Positions 63,742 to 64,000 of a stretch of 64,000 bases of DNA are shown here, in pieces. The DNA is taken from the NCBI RefSeq assembly GCF_036321535.1, contig NC_087437.1, forward strand, positions 17,734,001-17,798,000, written 5' to 3'. The position numbers and the translations under genes were made by a program. The notes beneath the pieces were generated by a model. The model did not search any database. It had not been told where the DNA came from and saw only the letters and a program-made list of their open reading frames with translations. The number at the start of each line of letters is the position of its first letter. Positions within the stretch are counted from its first letter, which is position 1. Source of the DNA: Camelus dromedarius (taxonomy: Eukaryota).

Positions 63742-64000
63742 TTTTTTTTTAATTGAAGTATAGTCAGTTTACAATGCTGTGTCAATTTCTGGTGTACAGC
63801 GTTAACAGTTCGGACATACGTATATACATGTATATTTGTTTTCATATTCTTTTTCATTATAGGTTACAAGATATTGAATATAGTTCCCTGTGCTATACAG
63901 TATAAACTTGTTTATCTATTTTATATATAGTAGTTACTATCTGAAAATCTTGAACTTGCAATTTATCCCATTCAACTCCCTTCTCCCCTGGTAACCATAA
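63742..64000 (-). mobile_element. Lineage-specific L1 3' end, runs off the window
   Basis: tttttttttaattgaagtatagtcagtttacaatgctgtgtcaatttctggtgtacagc; same family as the 8257 copy. Confidence 0.88.

Noticed and set aside
1..64000. CRISPR array, operon, tRNA/rRNA genes, named host gene
   Set aside because: Mammalian repeat-rich DNA with no repeat-spacer array, tRNA/rRNA sequence or recognisable coding exon; the locus identity cannot be assigned from sequence alone.

Overview
Non-coding mammalian genomic DNA, either a gene desert or a large intron. I recognise no protein-coding exon, and the ORF track is explained by chance, low complexity or degenerate LINE-1/Tigger coding sequence. Repeats are abundant: old L1M, L2, MIR, MaLR LTRs (MLT1/MLT2), LTR16, MER5/MER20 and Tigger, plus younger L1 3' ends. 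I saw no Alu, PRE1, Bov-tA/BovB or CHR SINE. With an internally deleted Tigger1, this suggests a cetartiodactyl, probably a camelid (inference). Repeat-free blocks (~0.2-0.8, 6.4-7.4, 23.4-25.3, 33.5-34.6 and 48.6-52.4 kb) resemble conserved non-coding elements and several carry PBX-HOX/MEIS-type motifs. The 50.6-52.4 kb block may be a bidirectional promoter with divergent splice donors. The best-supported oddities are a 29-nt tailless U6 snRNA retrocopy with a 15-bp target-site duplication (TSD) inside a MIR, a twin-primed 5'-inverted L1 with a perfect 15-bp TSD, and a fossil Tigger transposase N-terminus. I found no convincing evidence of a novel biological system. Repeat boundaries and subfamily names were called by eye from remembered consensus sequences and are approximate.
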